Shown one piece after another: positions 42,061 through 50,360 of a stretch of DNA of 64,000 nt. Position 1 is the first letter of the stretch, and each line of letters starts with the position of its first letter. The position numbers and the translations under genes were made by a program. The notes beneath the pieces were generated by a model. It saw only the letters and a list, made by a program, of their open reading frames with translations. It did not search any database and was not told the origin of the DNA. This stretch comes from Hyphomicrobiales bacterium (GTDB lineage: Bacteria; Pseudomonadota; Alphaproteobacteria; Rhizobiales; Rhizobiaceae), in the NCBI GenBank assembly GCA_021775415.1, contig JAJFHV010000002.1, positions 98,581-162,580 on the forward strand, in the 5' to 3' direction.

Positions 42061-42398
42061 GCGATGAAATCACAATCGACGATTTTCTCAACGTTGATAT
42101 TCGCTGTGGAACCGTTGTGGCAGTTGAACCGTTTCCCGAAGCTCGCAAGCCAGCCTGGAAGCTCAAAATAGATTTTGGTGAAAAATTAGGCATTAAGAAA
42201 AGCTCTGCCCAGATTGTCGCAAACTATACGGCCGATGAATTGATGGGCCGTCGTGTGATGGCGGTTGTGAATTTTCCGCCACGCCAAATCGGACCCTTCA
42301 TGTCTGAGGTTTTGACGCTTGGTTTTTCAGATGAAGCCGGTGAAGTTGTGTTGGCTGGCATAGACAGGTCGGTTCCCAATGGCAGCCGTCTACATTGA
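42057..42398 (+). CDS. tRNA-binding domain protein (CsaA/YgjH-like)
   Basis: 113 aa; OB-fold tRNA-binding domain pattern (DIRCGTVV...KLKIDFG...VVNFPPRQIG); ATGA overlap with proC. Confidence 0.85.
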   Translation: MSDEITIDDFLNVDIRCGTVVAVEPFPEARKPAWKLKIDFGEKLGIKKSSAQIVANYTADELMGRRVMAVVNFPPRQIGPFMSEVLTLGFSDEAGEVVLAGIDRSVPNGSRLH

Positions 42399-42437
42399 GC
42401 AGAGTGGGACCGGGAGTAGACTGGGACTGGTCCGGTG

Positions 42438-43829
42438 TTAAGCCGGCAGGGTGACGATAACCCGTAATCCTCCTTCGGGACTATCGTAAAGATTGATGTC
42501 GCCACCATGGTTTCGGGCGATATCACGGGCGATTGACAATCCGAGGCCAGTGCCGGACTCGTCAAGGTTTCGTGCTTCATCCAGTCGGATGAAGGGTTTG
42601 AAAACTTCTTCGCGCTTTTCTTTCGGGATACCTGGACCATCATCATCAAAAGTGATGGTGAAGCGGTCATTGCCTTTGGCAACCCACACTTTGAGTGTAT
42701 CAGCGTAGCGGAAAGCGTTGGTAACCAGATTTGCCACAAGACGGGCGAATGCGCTGGCGCGAAAATTAATTACCGTGCCAATATCGCAATCTACATCGTA
42801 AGTCTTGTTTCGGAGTGAAGCTTCCATCGAGTGGCGCTCAAGTACTTCGCAGATATCGACCAGAACGGTTTCCTCATCGCTGTCCCCCTTGGCGAAACTG
42901 ATATAACCCTCAAGCATTTTTTGCATGTCATCGACGTCGGCTTGGAGGTCTTCAACCTCCTTTGTCTGATTTACCAGGGCAAGTTGTAGTTTAAAGCGCG
43001 TGAGGATGGTGCGTAAATCATGACTCACCCCGGTCAGCATGGCGGTGCGTTGTTCAATTTGGCGCTCAATACGCTCGCGCATTTGCAGGAATGCAAGTCC
43101 AGCCTGTCGCACTTCCGTTGCACCTCTTATCCTGAAATCTTCCGGCATTACCCGCCCCTTGCCGAACCGGTCAGCCGCAAGTGACAATTGCTGGATTGGC
43201 CGGATCTGGTTGCGCAGAAACAGGATGGCGACCAGGCACAACACAAGTGACGTCCCTACCATCCAGACCAGGAAAATATGAGAGTTGGACGCGTAAGCCT
43301 GACTGCGCCGGACAAATACCCGGAGAATCTTTTCCGGCTGCTCAAGGCGAATGCGGATTTCAAGAATGTTGGAATCGCCCACCGTATCAATCCAGAATGG
43401 GCGCCCGATCTGGCTGGTAATTTCTGTTCTCAAGGTATCATCAAGCAGCGAGAAGAAGGGCTTGCCCACAGCCGGCGGGAACGGATCAGGCGGCAAAATT
43501 GAAATATTGAGGGAGAGCTTTTCCCGTGCGAGCTTTGAAATCTGCTCATAATCAGAATCCTGCGGATAATTCTCGATAATGTCGATCACGGCAGCTACAT
43601 CGGAAGTTACAACCTTTGAAAGTCGCTGGGTAACGGTCTGCCAGTGACGTTCCATGAATACGAACGCAATTACCGATTGCAACAGAACCATCGGGGCGAT
43701 GATGATGATCAGCGAGCGAGCATACAGGCCCTTAGGCATTTTCTGCCAAAACCAGCGTTTGAACAACCGCCACGGATTGCGATGATTGCGGGGCCGGGGT
43801 GCATTCAGCTCTGTTTCCTCGATGGTCAA
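42438..43829 (-). CDS. sensor histidine kinase (EnvZ-like: 2 TM, HAMP, HisKA, HATPase_c)
   Basis: 463 aa; H-box GVSHDLRTIL, N-box NAFRYA, G1 DDGPGIP, G2 GTGLGLSIA. Confidence 0.9.
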   Translation of the reverse strand: MTIEETELNAPRPRNHRNPWRLFKRWFWQKMPKGLYARSLIIIIAPMVLLQSVIAFVFMERHWQTVTQRLSKVVTSDVAAVIDIIENYPQDSDYEQISKLAREKLSLNISILPPDPFPPAVGKPFFSLLDDTLRTEITSQIGRPFWIDTVGDSNILEIRIRLEQPEKILRVFVRRSQAYASNSHIFLVWMVGTSLVLCLVAILFLRNQIRPIQQLSLAADRFGKGRVMPEDFRIRGATEVRQAGLAFLQMRERIERQIEQRTAMLTGVSHDLRTILTRFKLQLALVNQTKEVEDLQADVDDMQKMLEGYISFAKGDSDEETVLVDICEVLERHSMEASLRNKTYDVDCDIGTVINFRASAFARLVANLVTNAFRYADTLKVWVAKGNDRFTITFDDDGPGIPKEKREEVFKPFIRLDEARNLDESGTGLGLSIARDIARNHGGDINLYDSPEGGLRVIVTLPA

Positions 43830-44026
43830 GTTGAACTCAATTCGTCTGTTCTATTAGATATTTGCTGCGCGTTGTTACCATCATCGGAAACTAGCACACC
43901 CATTGCCTGAGGGAATAGGGTTGTTTGGAAGGGCAATCCTTGACGCGTCAAAATTGTGCAACGATCTCATTTTGGCGTGCAAATTTTGTTGTGTTTGATA
44001 ACTTCAATAGAGATTGGGGAAATCAC

Positions 44027-44200
44027 ATGAATGAGCGACAGTGCCAGCTGGTCGGATTGATTGGCTTTATTATTGCAGGTTTCGTTTTCATCGCGGCGGG
44101 GATAAATTTTGGTGACACGTTGACCATCGTGGGAAGTGTGATCTGGGTCATATCCTGTCTGATTTGGCTTATTCCGCTGGTGAGACCACAAAAGGACTGA
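44027..44200 (+). CDS. small two-helix membrane protein (hypothetical)
   Basis: 57 aa from the ATG at 44027; two hydrophobic helices; weak RBS; could be spurious. Confidence 0.4.
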   Translation: MNERQCQLVGLIGFIIAGFVFIAAGINFGDTLTIVGSVIWVISCLIWLIPLVRPQKD

Positions 44201-44206
44201 CTTTAT

Positions 44207-44764
44207 TTACAGCATCAAAGCCTGATGTATTTGCTTGGCGCATTCCATCGGCGTTGCTTTAGTGGTGTCGATCTCCAGATCATAGGTAATATTCTGGTGC
44301 ACCCGATCGAACTGCCAGCGGGCCAGGCCTGCAATCCTGTCGTCTCTTGAGCGTTCGCGCTCTTCGAGCACATCCAGCGGCGCGAACACGCCTACAAAGA
44401 ACGCTTCAAAGGGGGAAAGCAGATCGGCATAAATGGAGGCTTCGCCTTCCAGCATCACCTCATCGACAATTAGATTGTTTCCTTGTGCTGCCATGGCCGC
44501 TATCGCGTGACGCATGCCATCCATGACCTTTGCACCAAACTGACCCGTCTTGATAACTACATTCCGGTGGCCATCCATCTCTACCGTTTCATAGCTGAAG
44601 CTGTCTGGATGATTGGCATAGGCTTCCGGCATCATTTCCAGAAACGCATCCATCCGCACATGCAGGAAAGGTTCTATTGTGATTTCCTGCAGGGCCTTGG
44701 CAATCGAGCTTTTGCCTACGCTGCCAACTCCGTTGAGGATGATGATTTTTGTGGCTTTGTTCAA
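44207..44764 (-). CDS. chloramphenicol phosphotransferase-like (CPT family) P-loop kinase
   Basis: 185 aa; P-loop NGVGSVGKSS; CPT-like blocks VGVFAPLDVLEERERSRDDRIAGLARWQFDRVH and YDLEIDT. Confidence 0.75.
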   Translation of the reverse strand: MNKATKIIILNGVGSVGKSSIAKALQEITIEPFLHVRMDAFLEMMPEAYANHPDSFSYETVEMDGHRNVVIKTGQFGAKVMDGMRHAIAAMAAQGNNLIVDEVMLEGEASIYADLLSPFEAFFVGVFAPLDVLEERERSRDDRIAGLARWQFDRVHQNITYDLEIDTTKATPMECAKQIHQALML

Positions 44765-44792
44765 AGGTCACCTGTTTACGCTCATAACGGGC

Positions 44793-45497
44793 TCAATCCA
44801 CGCAGAGTTTGTAACCCACACCACGAACAGTTTGCAGCCATTTGGGATTGGCGGGATCAGTCTCGATTTTGCGGCGCAGGCGGTTGATCTGCACGTCGAT
44901 TTTGCGTTCCCCGGCGATGCTTTCACTGCCCAGCAATTCGTGTCGGGCAACCGTTCCGCCCGGTTTTGAAGCAAAGATCATCATGATTTCGCGTTCACGG
45001 TCTGTCAGGCGTACCGCTTCACCCTCAAGGGTGAGTTCTTCGCGTTTTACAGAGAACATGTAATCACCGAAATTCACCTGCTCGATGGCAGGTTCAATCG
45101 GTTTTGCGGTGCGTTTCAAAATCGAGTTTATGCGCAGCAAGAGTTCGCGCGGTTCAAACGGTTTGGGCAGATAATCATCCGCACCAGCTTCCAGACCCTC
45201 AATCCGGTTATCCAGATCAGCGAGTGCAGTCAGCATCAGGATAGGTACTTCCATATTTTCGCGAAGGGATTTGGTTAGGCTGACGCCGGTTTCACCGGGC
45301 ATCATTACATCGACCACCAGGATATCAAATTCGAGGCTTTCCAGTTTGCGGCGGGCCTCTCCGGCATCCTGGGCATTGGAAACGCGAAAACCATTTTCCG
45401 ACAAATACCGCGACAGCAATTCACGCAGGCGACGATCATCATCCACCACCAGCACGTGGGGTGCATCGTCTTGCGGTGTGGTCATGGGATCATTCAT
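44793..45497 (-). CDS. OmpR-family response regulator
   Basis: 234 aa; receiver domain (VLVVDDD, ILVVDVMMPG, LTA) plus winged-helix C-terminus (RGVGYKL). Confidence 0.9.
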   Translation of the reverse strand: MNDPMTTPQDDAPHVLVVDDDRRLRELLSRYLSENGFRVSNAQDAGEARRKLESLEFDILVVDVMMPGETGVSLTKSLRENMEVPILMLTALADLDNRIEGLEAGADDYLPKPFEPRELLLRINSILKRTAKPIEPAIEQVNFGDYMFSVKREELTLEGEAVRLTDREREIMMIFASKPGGTVARHELLGSESIAGERKIDVQINRLRRKIETDPANPKWLQTVRGVGYKLCVD

Positions 45498-45604
45498 CGT
45501 CAGTTTTCCTGCATAAGCGTTTGATAGTATAGCCGGTTACAGGCTGGTTGCATTCTGACAAAATGAACTTTTATGTCGAATTGCAACCACGCTGGCACAT
45601 TGAT

Positions 45605-46075
45605 TCAATTTCCGGTTGCTTTTCCGATCATTGCCTTCATGAATTTCATCACCAACGTGTCCGCATTGCGGCCTGTGCTTTTGAATGCATTGTCAATGCG
45701 GCGGGACTGGGGAGCAGAAAGTGCCAGAACCAGATCACGACCCTTACGGGTTGGATACAGCAGCCGCTTGCGACGATCATTGGTGCCGGTTGCCTGTATG
45801 ATGTGGTCTGATTGAATTAGCTGTGGCAGGACGCGTGCCAGGCTTTGTTTGGTAATTTGCAGGATTTCCAGGAGTTCTGCGACTGTCAAACCAGGCTTGC
45901 GGTTGACGAAATACAATACCCGGTGGTGCGCCCGACCAAAGCCGTACTCCGCCAGTATGCGGTCCGCATCTCCAACAAAGTCCCGGTAAGCGAAAAACAG
46001 CAATTCGATATTGTCGAGCTGCGGTATGTCTTCGCGGGTTATCGGGGTGGTTATGAATTCAGTTTCTTTGTTCAT
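45605..46075 (-). CDS. MarR family transcriptional regulator
   Basis: 156 aa; winged-helix core LTVAELLEILQITKQSLARVLPQL...DRRKRLLYPTRKG. Confidence 0.85.
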   Translation of the reverse strand: MNKETEFITTPITREDIPQLDNIELLFFAYRDFVGDADRILAEYGFGRAHHRVLYFVNRKPGLTVAELLEILQITKQSLARVLPQLIQSDHIIQATGTNDRRKRLLYPTRKGRDLVLALSAPQSRRIDNAFKSTGRNADTLVMKFMKAMIGKATGN

Positions 46076-46141
46076 TTCCAGTGATCCAGTTGCGGGACCC
46101 AGTTTTTAAAATCCATCTGCATTGTGGCACAGTCTGAAAAA

Positions 46142-46162
46142 TATGTCAGCACTATTGACATA
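46142..46162. promoter_or_regulatory. candidate operator (7-bp inverted repeat tatgtca-N7-tgacata) in the marR / ilvE divergent region
   Basis: Perfect 7-bp arms seen in the sequence; the position is typical of MarR autoregulation; otherwise unsupported. Confidence 0.3.
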
Positions 46163-46229
46163 AATATTTCTTGGAAATACGTTTTGCCGGATGTTTTTAC
46201 CGCGTTTGCGGTCAATATGGAGAAAGACG

Positions 46230-47123
46230 ATGGCTGGTATCGCCTATGATCAACTGGATGGACATATCTGGTTCAATGGGGAATTCGTTCAATGGGAAGA
46301 TGCGAAAGTGCATGTGCTGACCCATGGTTTGCACTACGCCAGCAGCGTATTTGAAGGTGAGCGGGCTTATGGCGGTGAAATCTTCAAGCTGAATGAACAT
46401 ACCGAGCGGTTGTTTTATTCGGCAAAAGTATTGGGGTTTGAAATTCCCTATACTGTAGAAGAAATAAATCAGGCTTGCCGAGATGCGGTTGCCAAACAAG
46501 GGCTTAGCGAAGCTTACATCCGGCCGGTTGCCTGGCGCGGTAGCGAGATGATGGGTGTTTCAGCGCAAAACAATACGATTAATGTTGCAATCGCGGTTTG
46601 GGAATGGCCGAGCTATTTTGATCCGGAGCAAAAATTGAAGGGTATTCGTTTGGACCGGGCGGAATACCGCCGACCGGATCCCGCAACAATTCCGTGTTTT
46701 GCCAAGGCTGCCGGGCTTTACATGATTTGCACGCTTTCCAAGCATGCAGCAGAGGCCAAGGGTTATGCGGATGCGTTGATGCTGGATTGGCGCGGTCATG
46801 TGGCAGAAGCCACAGGTGCCAATGTTTTCTTCGTCAAGGACGGGGTTATCCATACTCCGACACCGGATTGTTTTTTAAATGGTATCACCCGCCAAAGCGT
46901 TATTGAACTTGCCAAGGCACGCCAGATCGAAGTGATTGAACGCACGATCCTGCCCGAAGAGATGGCGGATTTTGAGGAGTGTTTCCTGACTGGGACGGCT
47001 GCAGAAGTAACGCCGGTTGCAGAAATTGGCGAATATAGTTTCACTCCCGGTGCCATCTCGAAAAGCCTGATGGATGACTATGAGCGCGAAGTGCACAAGC
47101 ACTCCAAAAGTGAAGCAGCCTAG
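46230..47123 (+). CDS. ilvE: branched-chain amino acid aminotransferase (class IV)
   Basis: Start at the ATG at 46230 (GGAGAAAG RBS); class IV aminotransferase blocks (HGLHYASSVFEGERAY, AKAAG). Confidence 0.9.
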   Translation: MAGIAYDQLDGHIWFNGEFVQWEDAKVHVLTHGLHYASSVFEGERAYGGEIFKLNEHTERLFYSAKVLGFEIPYTVEEINQACRDAVAKQGLSEAYIRPVAWRGSEMMGVSAQNNTINVAIAVWEWPSYFDPEQKLKGIRLDRAEYRRPDPATIPCFAKAAGLYMICTLSKHAAEAKGYADALMLDWRGHVAEATGANVFFVKDGVIHTPTPDCFLNGITRQSVIELAKARQIEVIERTILPEEMADFEECFLTGTAAEVTPVAEIGEYSFTPGAISKSLMDDYEREVHKHSKSEAA

Positions 47124-47288
47124 ATCGTTATACTGGGGTTATTCTACTTTTGCCTGGCTGCCCCTTATAATCCGGGTGATTATTGGCTATTCTAACCAAG
47201 CGGCGGGAATCAGGTTTCCGTTAGGGCATGTGCCCAACTCAACTTCGCCCCCAATACTTAATTGGGCGGCAATCAAGGAGACAGTCAA

Positions 47289-47573
47289 ATGGAAGCACTT
47301 ATTCCAATTATCATTCAGGTAATATCCGGCGTTGTCGGCGGTGGTGTCGTCGGCAATATGGTCAAATCTGCTGCCATGAGCATGCTGCCAAAATTGATTG
47401 CCGGTGGTGTGGGTGGCATCGGTGGCGCACAGATTCTAGGCATGTTGATGGGTGGTGACGCAGGCAGCGCCATGGACATGGGCTCGCTAATCAACAATGT
47501 TGGCGGCGGTCTTGTGGGCGGTGGCGCATTATCGGCTATCGCCGGTATGGTCATGGGCGGCATGAAGAAGTAA
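47289..47573 (+). CDS. glycine-zipper small membrane protein (GlsB/YeaQ/YmgE-like?)
   Basis: 94 aa from the ATG at 47289 (AAGGAGA RBS); Gly-rich hydrophobic repeats; own terminator. Confidence 0.6.
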   Translation: MEALIPIIIQVISGVVGGGVVGNMVKSAAMSMLPKLIAGGVGGIGGAQILGMLMGGDAGSAMDMGSLINNVGGGLVGGGALSAIAGMVMGGMKK

Positions 47574-47597
47574 TCCGGCCAATCAACTGACTTTGAA

Positions 47598-47625
47598 GGC
47601 GGCAGGATTTGCCGCCTTTTTCTTT
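47598..47625 (+). terminator. rho-independent terminator
   Basis: ggcggca / tgccgcc stem followed by a T run. Confidence 0.7.
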
Positions 47626-47650
47626 TCCCGATTCGTAGAAAGCGCCTAAT

Positions 47651-48292
47651 ATGACAACACTTCAAATTGCCATTGTTCCCGTTACCCCGTTTGAGCAAAA
47701 CTGTACGCTAATATGGGATGGGGCGAGCAAGCGTGGCGCGGTGGTTGATCCTGGTGGTGATGTCGAGCGGATCAGTGAAGCAATCGGGCAGACCGGCATT
47801 ACGGTGGAAACCATCCTGATTACCCATGGCCATATTGATCATGTGGGTGGTGCAATGGCACTGAAGGCTAAACTGGGTGTCGATATTATCGGTCCGCATA
47901 TCGCTGACAAACCCTTGTGTGAAGGCATTCAAAGCCAGGCGCAGATGTTCGGCCTTGCGGAAGGCTATGAGAATTTGTCACCGGATCGCTGGCTGGAAGA
48001 GGGTGACAGCGTAGATATCGCTGGGCACAGTTTTAGCGTGCTGCATTGCCCCGGGCATGCGCCGGGACACGTAATTTTTTACAGCGCCGGGCACAAGTTT
48101 GCGCATGTGGGGGATGTCTTGTTTCGCGGTTCAATAGGCCGGACGGATCTTCCTGGCGGGAACCATGAGGCACTGATTGCCTCCATCAAGAACAAGGTTT
48201 TGCCGCTTGGAGATGAAGTGAATTTCATCTGTGGTCACGGTCCAGGTGGCACGATTGGTGAGGAACGGATATCAAATCCGTTCCTGATCTAA
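47651..48292 (+). CDS. MBL-fold metallo-hydrolase (glyoxalase II/YcbL-like)
   Basis: 213 aa; THGHIDHVGG motif and downstream His/Asp ligands. Confidence 0.85.
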   Translation: MTTLQIAIVPVTPFEQNCTLIWDGASKRGAVVDPGGDVERISEAIGQTGITVETILITHGHIDHVGGAMALKAKLGVDIIGPHIADKPLCEGIQSQAQMFGLAEGYENLSPDRWLEEGDSVDIAGHSFSVLHCPGHAPGHVIFYSAGHKFAHVGDVLFRGSIGRTDLPGGNHEALIASIKNKVLPLGDEVNFICGHGPGGTIGEERISNPFLI

Positions 48293-48325
48293 CAGGCCTG
48301 ATTTAGCGTCTGTAGATATCTGCAG

Positions 48326-48748
48326 CTAGTTACAGAACTGGACCACACCGACCTTGATACAGTTCCTGCCTGAGTTGCTGCCGTCATATTGATCCCAGAC
48401 ATCTATCTTGCAACGATTGCCATAGTGGCTGTGGGTTGTCCGGCCAACTCCGCTGTGACGGTGTCTTTGAGCATTTTGGTGACAATGCTGGATGTAATCA
48501 TCATCATAACCACCCCCCTCAAGAATAACGGGCGTGCACCGGTTGCCACGGTGTTTGTGCTCGGCGCGTTCTCCGATTTCAGGAACGTAGTGATAGCGAA
48601 ATCTACTGTGGCAGCCATCGACTTTCTGGATAATACCTAAACCCGTATAAGGGGCAGTCGTTGGATGACCCGGCGCGGCTTTAACGGTGGTTGTGAGTGA
48701 CAGAGCCAGAGCCGCGGTTGCGAAGAGGATCAGATTTGGGCGGATCAT
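48326..48748 (-). CDS. secreted His/Cys-rich protein with internal duplication (hypothetical)
   Basis: Start at the ATG at 48748 (AGGGAG RBS); signal peptide ...TTVKA/AP; two C-H...H-x-H-x-G-N-R-C modules. Confidence 0.6.
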   Translation of the reverse strand: MIRPNLILFATAALALSLTTTVKAAPGHPTTAPYTGLGIIQKVDGCHSRFRYHYVPEIGERAEHKHRGNRCTPVILEGGGYDDDYIQHCHQNAQRHRHSGVGRTTHSHYGNRCKIDVWDQYDGSNSGRNCIKVGVVQFCN

Positions 48749-48768
48749 GACATACTCCCTAAACAAAC

Positions 48769-48796
48769 AAGGCCTTCATGCTAGGATGAAGGCCTT
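48769..48796 (-). terminator. terminator of the 47-aa ORF
   Basis: aaggccttcat / atgaaggcctt 11-bp stem, followed on the minus strand by ttgtttgttt. Confidence 0.6.
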
Positions 48797-48855
48797 GATC
48801 TTGCAAGAGTAATCAATTTTCCGAACAAGCTTGCGCTTGTCGTGAAATTCCAGTC

Positions 48856-48999
48856 TTAGCGACCGAAATGTTCTTTGTTGTAACCGGACACGCGTGGCTG
48901 AACACCTTTTTCAACCATGTTGTGTGTTTCGGTGAAAGAATAGCGTGCGCCGAGTTTAAAGCCTTCGGCGATTTCGCGAACTGCTGAGAAGAATGCCAT
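48856..48999 (-). CDS. small protein, 47 aa, absent from the ORF track (hypothetical)
   Basis: Hand translation: MAFFSAVREIAEGFKLGARYSFTETHNMVEKGVQPRVSGYNKEHFGR; GGAGA 8 nt upstream of the ATG; hairpin terminator downstream. Confidence 0.45.
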   Translation of the reverse strand: MAFFSAVREIAEGFKLGARYSFTETHNMVEKGVQPRVSGYNKEHFGR

Positions 49000-49074
49000 T
49001 TTCCTGATCTCCCATTTGGATATTACGTGTTGAATTCGATGAAAAACAGATAGGCCCGGATTGCCCGTCTAACA

Positions 49075-49117
49075 AATGCAAAGAATGCAGGGCTGACCTG
49101 CCCCCATGTCAGCCCTG
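49075..49117 (-). terminator. probable terminator of the 49194-49550 gene
   Basis: cagggctgac / gtcagccctg 10-bp stem; moderately T-rich trailer on the minus strand. Confidence 0.5.
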
Positions 49118-49193
49118 GATGGGGCGAAATGGAGGCAGGATCACCGGGTATGGGTGCAATCAGTGGAGGAGGAAGCCTGATTGCGCCCGAAAC

Positions 49194-49550
49194 CTAGCCG
49201 TGGCGACGGCACTTGGCCTGGCGAAGTTCATCAATTCCGGAAATCGTGTGATGGATGCGATCGATCCAGTTCTCACAGGCGGCCTGGGAGGTAAAGCAGG
49301 TTCGGACAGAAAAATACCTGCTGCTTGGGCTGCGAAAACCGCCGCCATCATTCAACAGGCCATTGGCCGTTGCAGCCCAGGAGGGAGTGCCTTCTTCCTT
49401 GTAGGCCTGGCATTTATGAAACCCTTCATAGCCGATGCGGATGACAGTTCCGCGGCCAGTTCCGCGCCCGGCATCGGCCGGTTGGACGGCTGCGAGAATG
49501 GGGAGGCCGGCTATCAAACAGGCAGCAAGGGTGCGGCTTAGGTGTTTCAT
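49194..49550 (-). CDS. secreted Cys-containing protein (hypothetical)
   Basis: 118 aa; signal peptide ending AVQPADA; 4 Cys; AGGA RBS. Confidence 0.6.
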   Translation of the reverse strand: MKHLSRTLAACLIAGLPILAAVQPADAGRGTGRGTVIRIGYEGFHKCQAYKEEGTPSWAATANGLLNDGGGFRSPSSRYFSVRTCFTSQAACENWIDRIHHTISGIDELRQAKCRRHG

Positions 49551-49651
49551 CAGTTCATCCTTTCAAGTGGACAAGATATGGTGTGTTGGCCAATCACTAT
49601 CAAGCCACGCTTCGGTGAGCTGTGTGAATTCACACACTTCGATGAATATAT

Positions 49652-49681
49652 GCACTTGTCCCCGGCTTAAGGGACAAGTGC
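49652..49681 (-). terminator. terminator after the dodecin gene
   Basis: gcacttgtccc / gggacaagtgc 11-bp stem with an 8-nt loop. Confidence 0.6.
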
Positions 49682-49703
49682 TTGTTGTCCATACCCGCCT
49701 TGC

Positions 49704-49907
49704 TTAAGCCTCCAGCACAAAGGTTACCTTGAGCACGACCCGGAATTCAGAGACTTTGCCATTCTCACAGATTACACGCTGGTCTTTCACCCAGGCACCC
49801 GAAACGCCTTTCAGCGTTTTTGAGGCGCGTTTGATGCCTTTTCTCGTGGCATCTTCAAAACGTTCCTTCGATGATGCGATGATCTCGGTTACGCGGGCTA
49901 CAGACAT
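49704..49907 (-). CDS. dodecin family flavin-binding protein
   Basis: 67 aa; size and sequence pattern (VTEIIASSKERFEDATRKGIKRASKTLKGV...VTFVLE) typical of dodecins; GGAGA RBS. Confidence 0.8.
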   Translation of the reverse strand: MSVARVTEIIASSKERFEDATRKGIKRASKTLKGVSGAWVKDQRVICENGKVSEFRVVLKVTFVLEA

Positions 49908-50087
49908 GGCAATTTCTCCGTTTGGTTATGGAGCGATGTTTCGCGTCCGTTGGTTAGTGTGGGGAAGCTTTGCGACGGAGAAAAGTCACAGGTGAGTGAG
50001 TGCCACCTTGCGTCAAAAGCCGCTAGGCAATAATCTTTGCTTAGAGGGGCGAACTGGCGAGGGAGGCGGGGATTGCGAAAACTCATC

Positions 50088-50336
50088 ATGGCGCTGGCGA
50101 TCCTGCAAATCGGCTTTGGCGTCTACATCATGGCCCAAACCTATCTGGAACATTCGGATCCGGCGGGCGATGCAATGGCGCAAGGGCTGGGTGCGGTGAT
50201 GCTGGCAGTCATTTTGTTGTTCAACCTGCCGGCGCTGCTGCTTGCAGCAATCAATAAATTGCCGATGTTTGCCCTGGCGCTTACCTGCATGTGCCCGCTG
50301 CTTTATGTCGTGCTGGTGGGACCCGGCGGGATTTGA
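50088..50336 (+). CDS. small membrane protein (hypothetical)
   Basis: 82 aa from the ATG at 50088; three hydrophobic helices; no convincing RBS; competes with an antisense ORF. Confidence 0.4.
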   Translation: MALAILQIGFGVYIMAQTYLEHSDPAGDAMAQGLGAVMLAVILLFNLPALLLAAINKLPMFALALTCMCPLLYVVLVGPGGI

Positions 50337-50360
50337 GGGCATAAACCCGGCAAGAACGTT

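Noticed and set aside
47315-47698. 127-aa minus-strand ORF antisense to the glycine-zipper gene
   Set aside because: It is the mirror image of a Gly-rich gene (its product is a Pro-rich PPPT run). The plus-strand gene has an AAGGAGA RBS and a terminator.
49119-49541. 140-aa plus-strand ORF overlapping the 49194-49550 minus-strand ORF
   Set aside because: The minus-strand product has a clean signal peptide, an AGGA RBS and a downstream hairpin. The plus-strand product is Gly/Ala/Arg-rich with no start context.
49621-49636. Reading the TGTGTGAATTCACACA palindrome as a CRP/FNR site
   Set aside because: The CRP-type consensus is TGTGA-N6-TCACA. Here the TGTGA and TCACA pentamers are separated by only 2 nt, so the spacing does not fit. 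It is kept only as an unassigned palindrome.
50013-50342. 109-aa minus-strand ORF competing with the small membrane protein call at 50088-50336
   Set aside because: Its product is extremely His/Arg/Gln-rich and low-complexity. The plus-strand frame gives three clean hydrophobic helices. Neither frame has strong start signals, so the plus-strand call is only 0.4.
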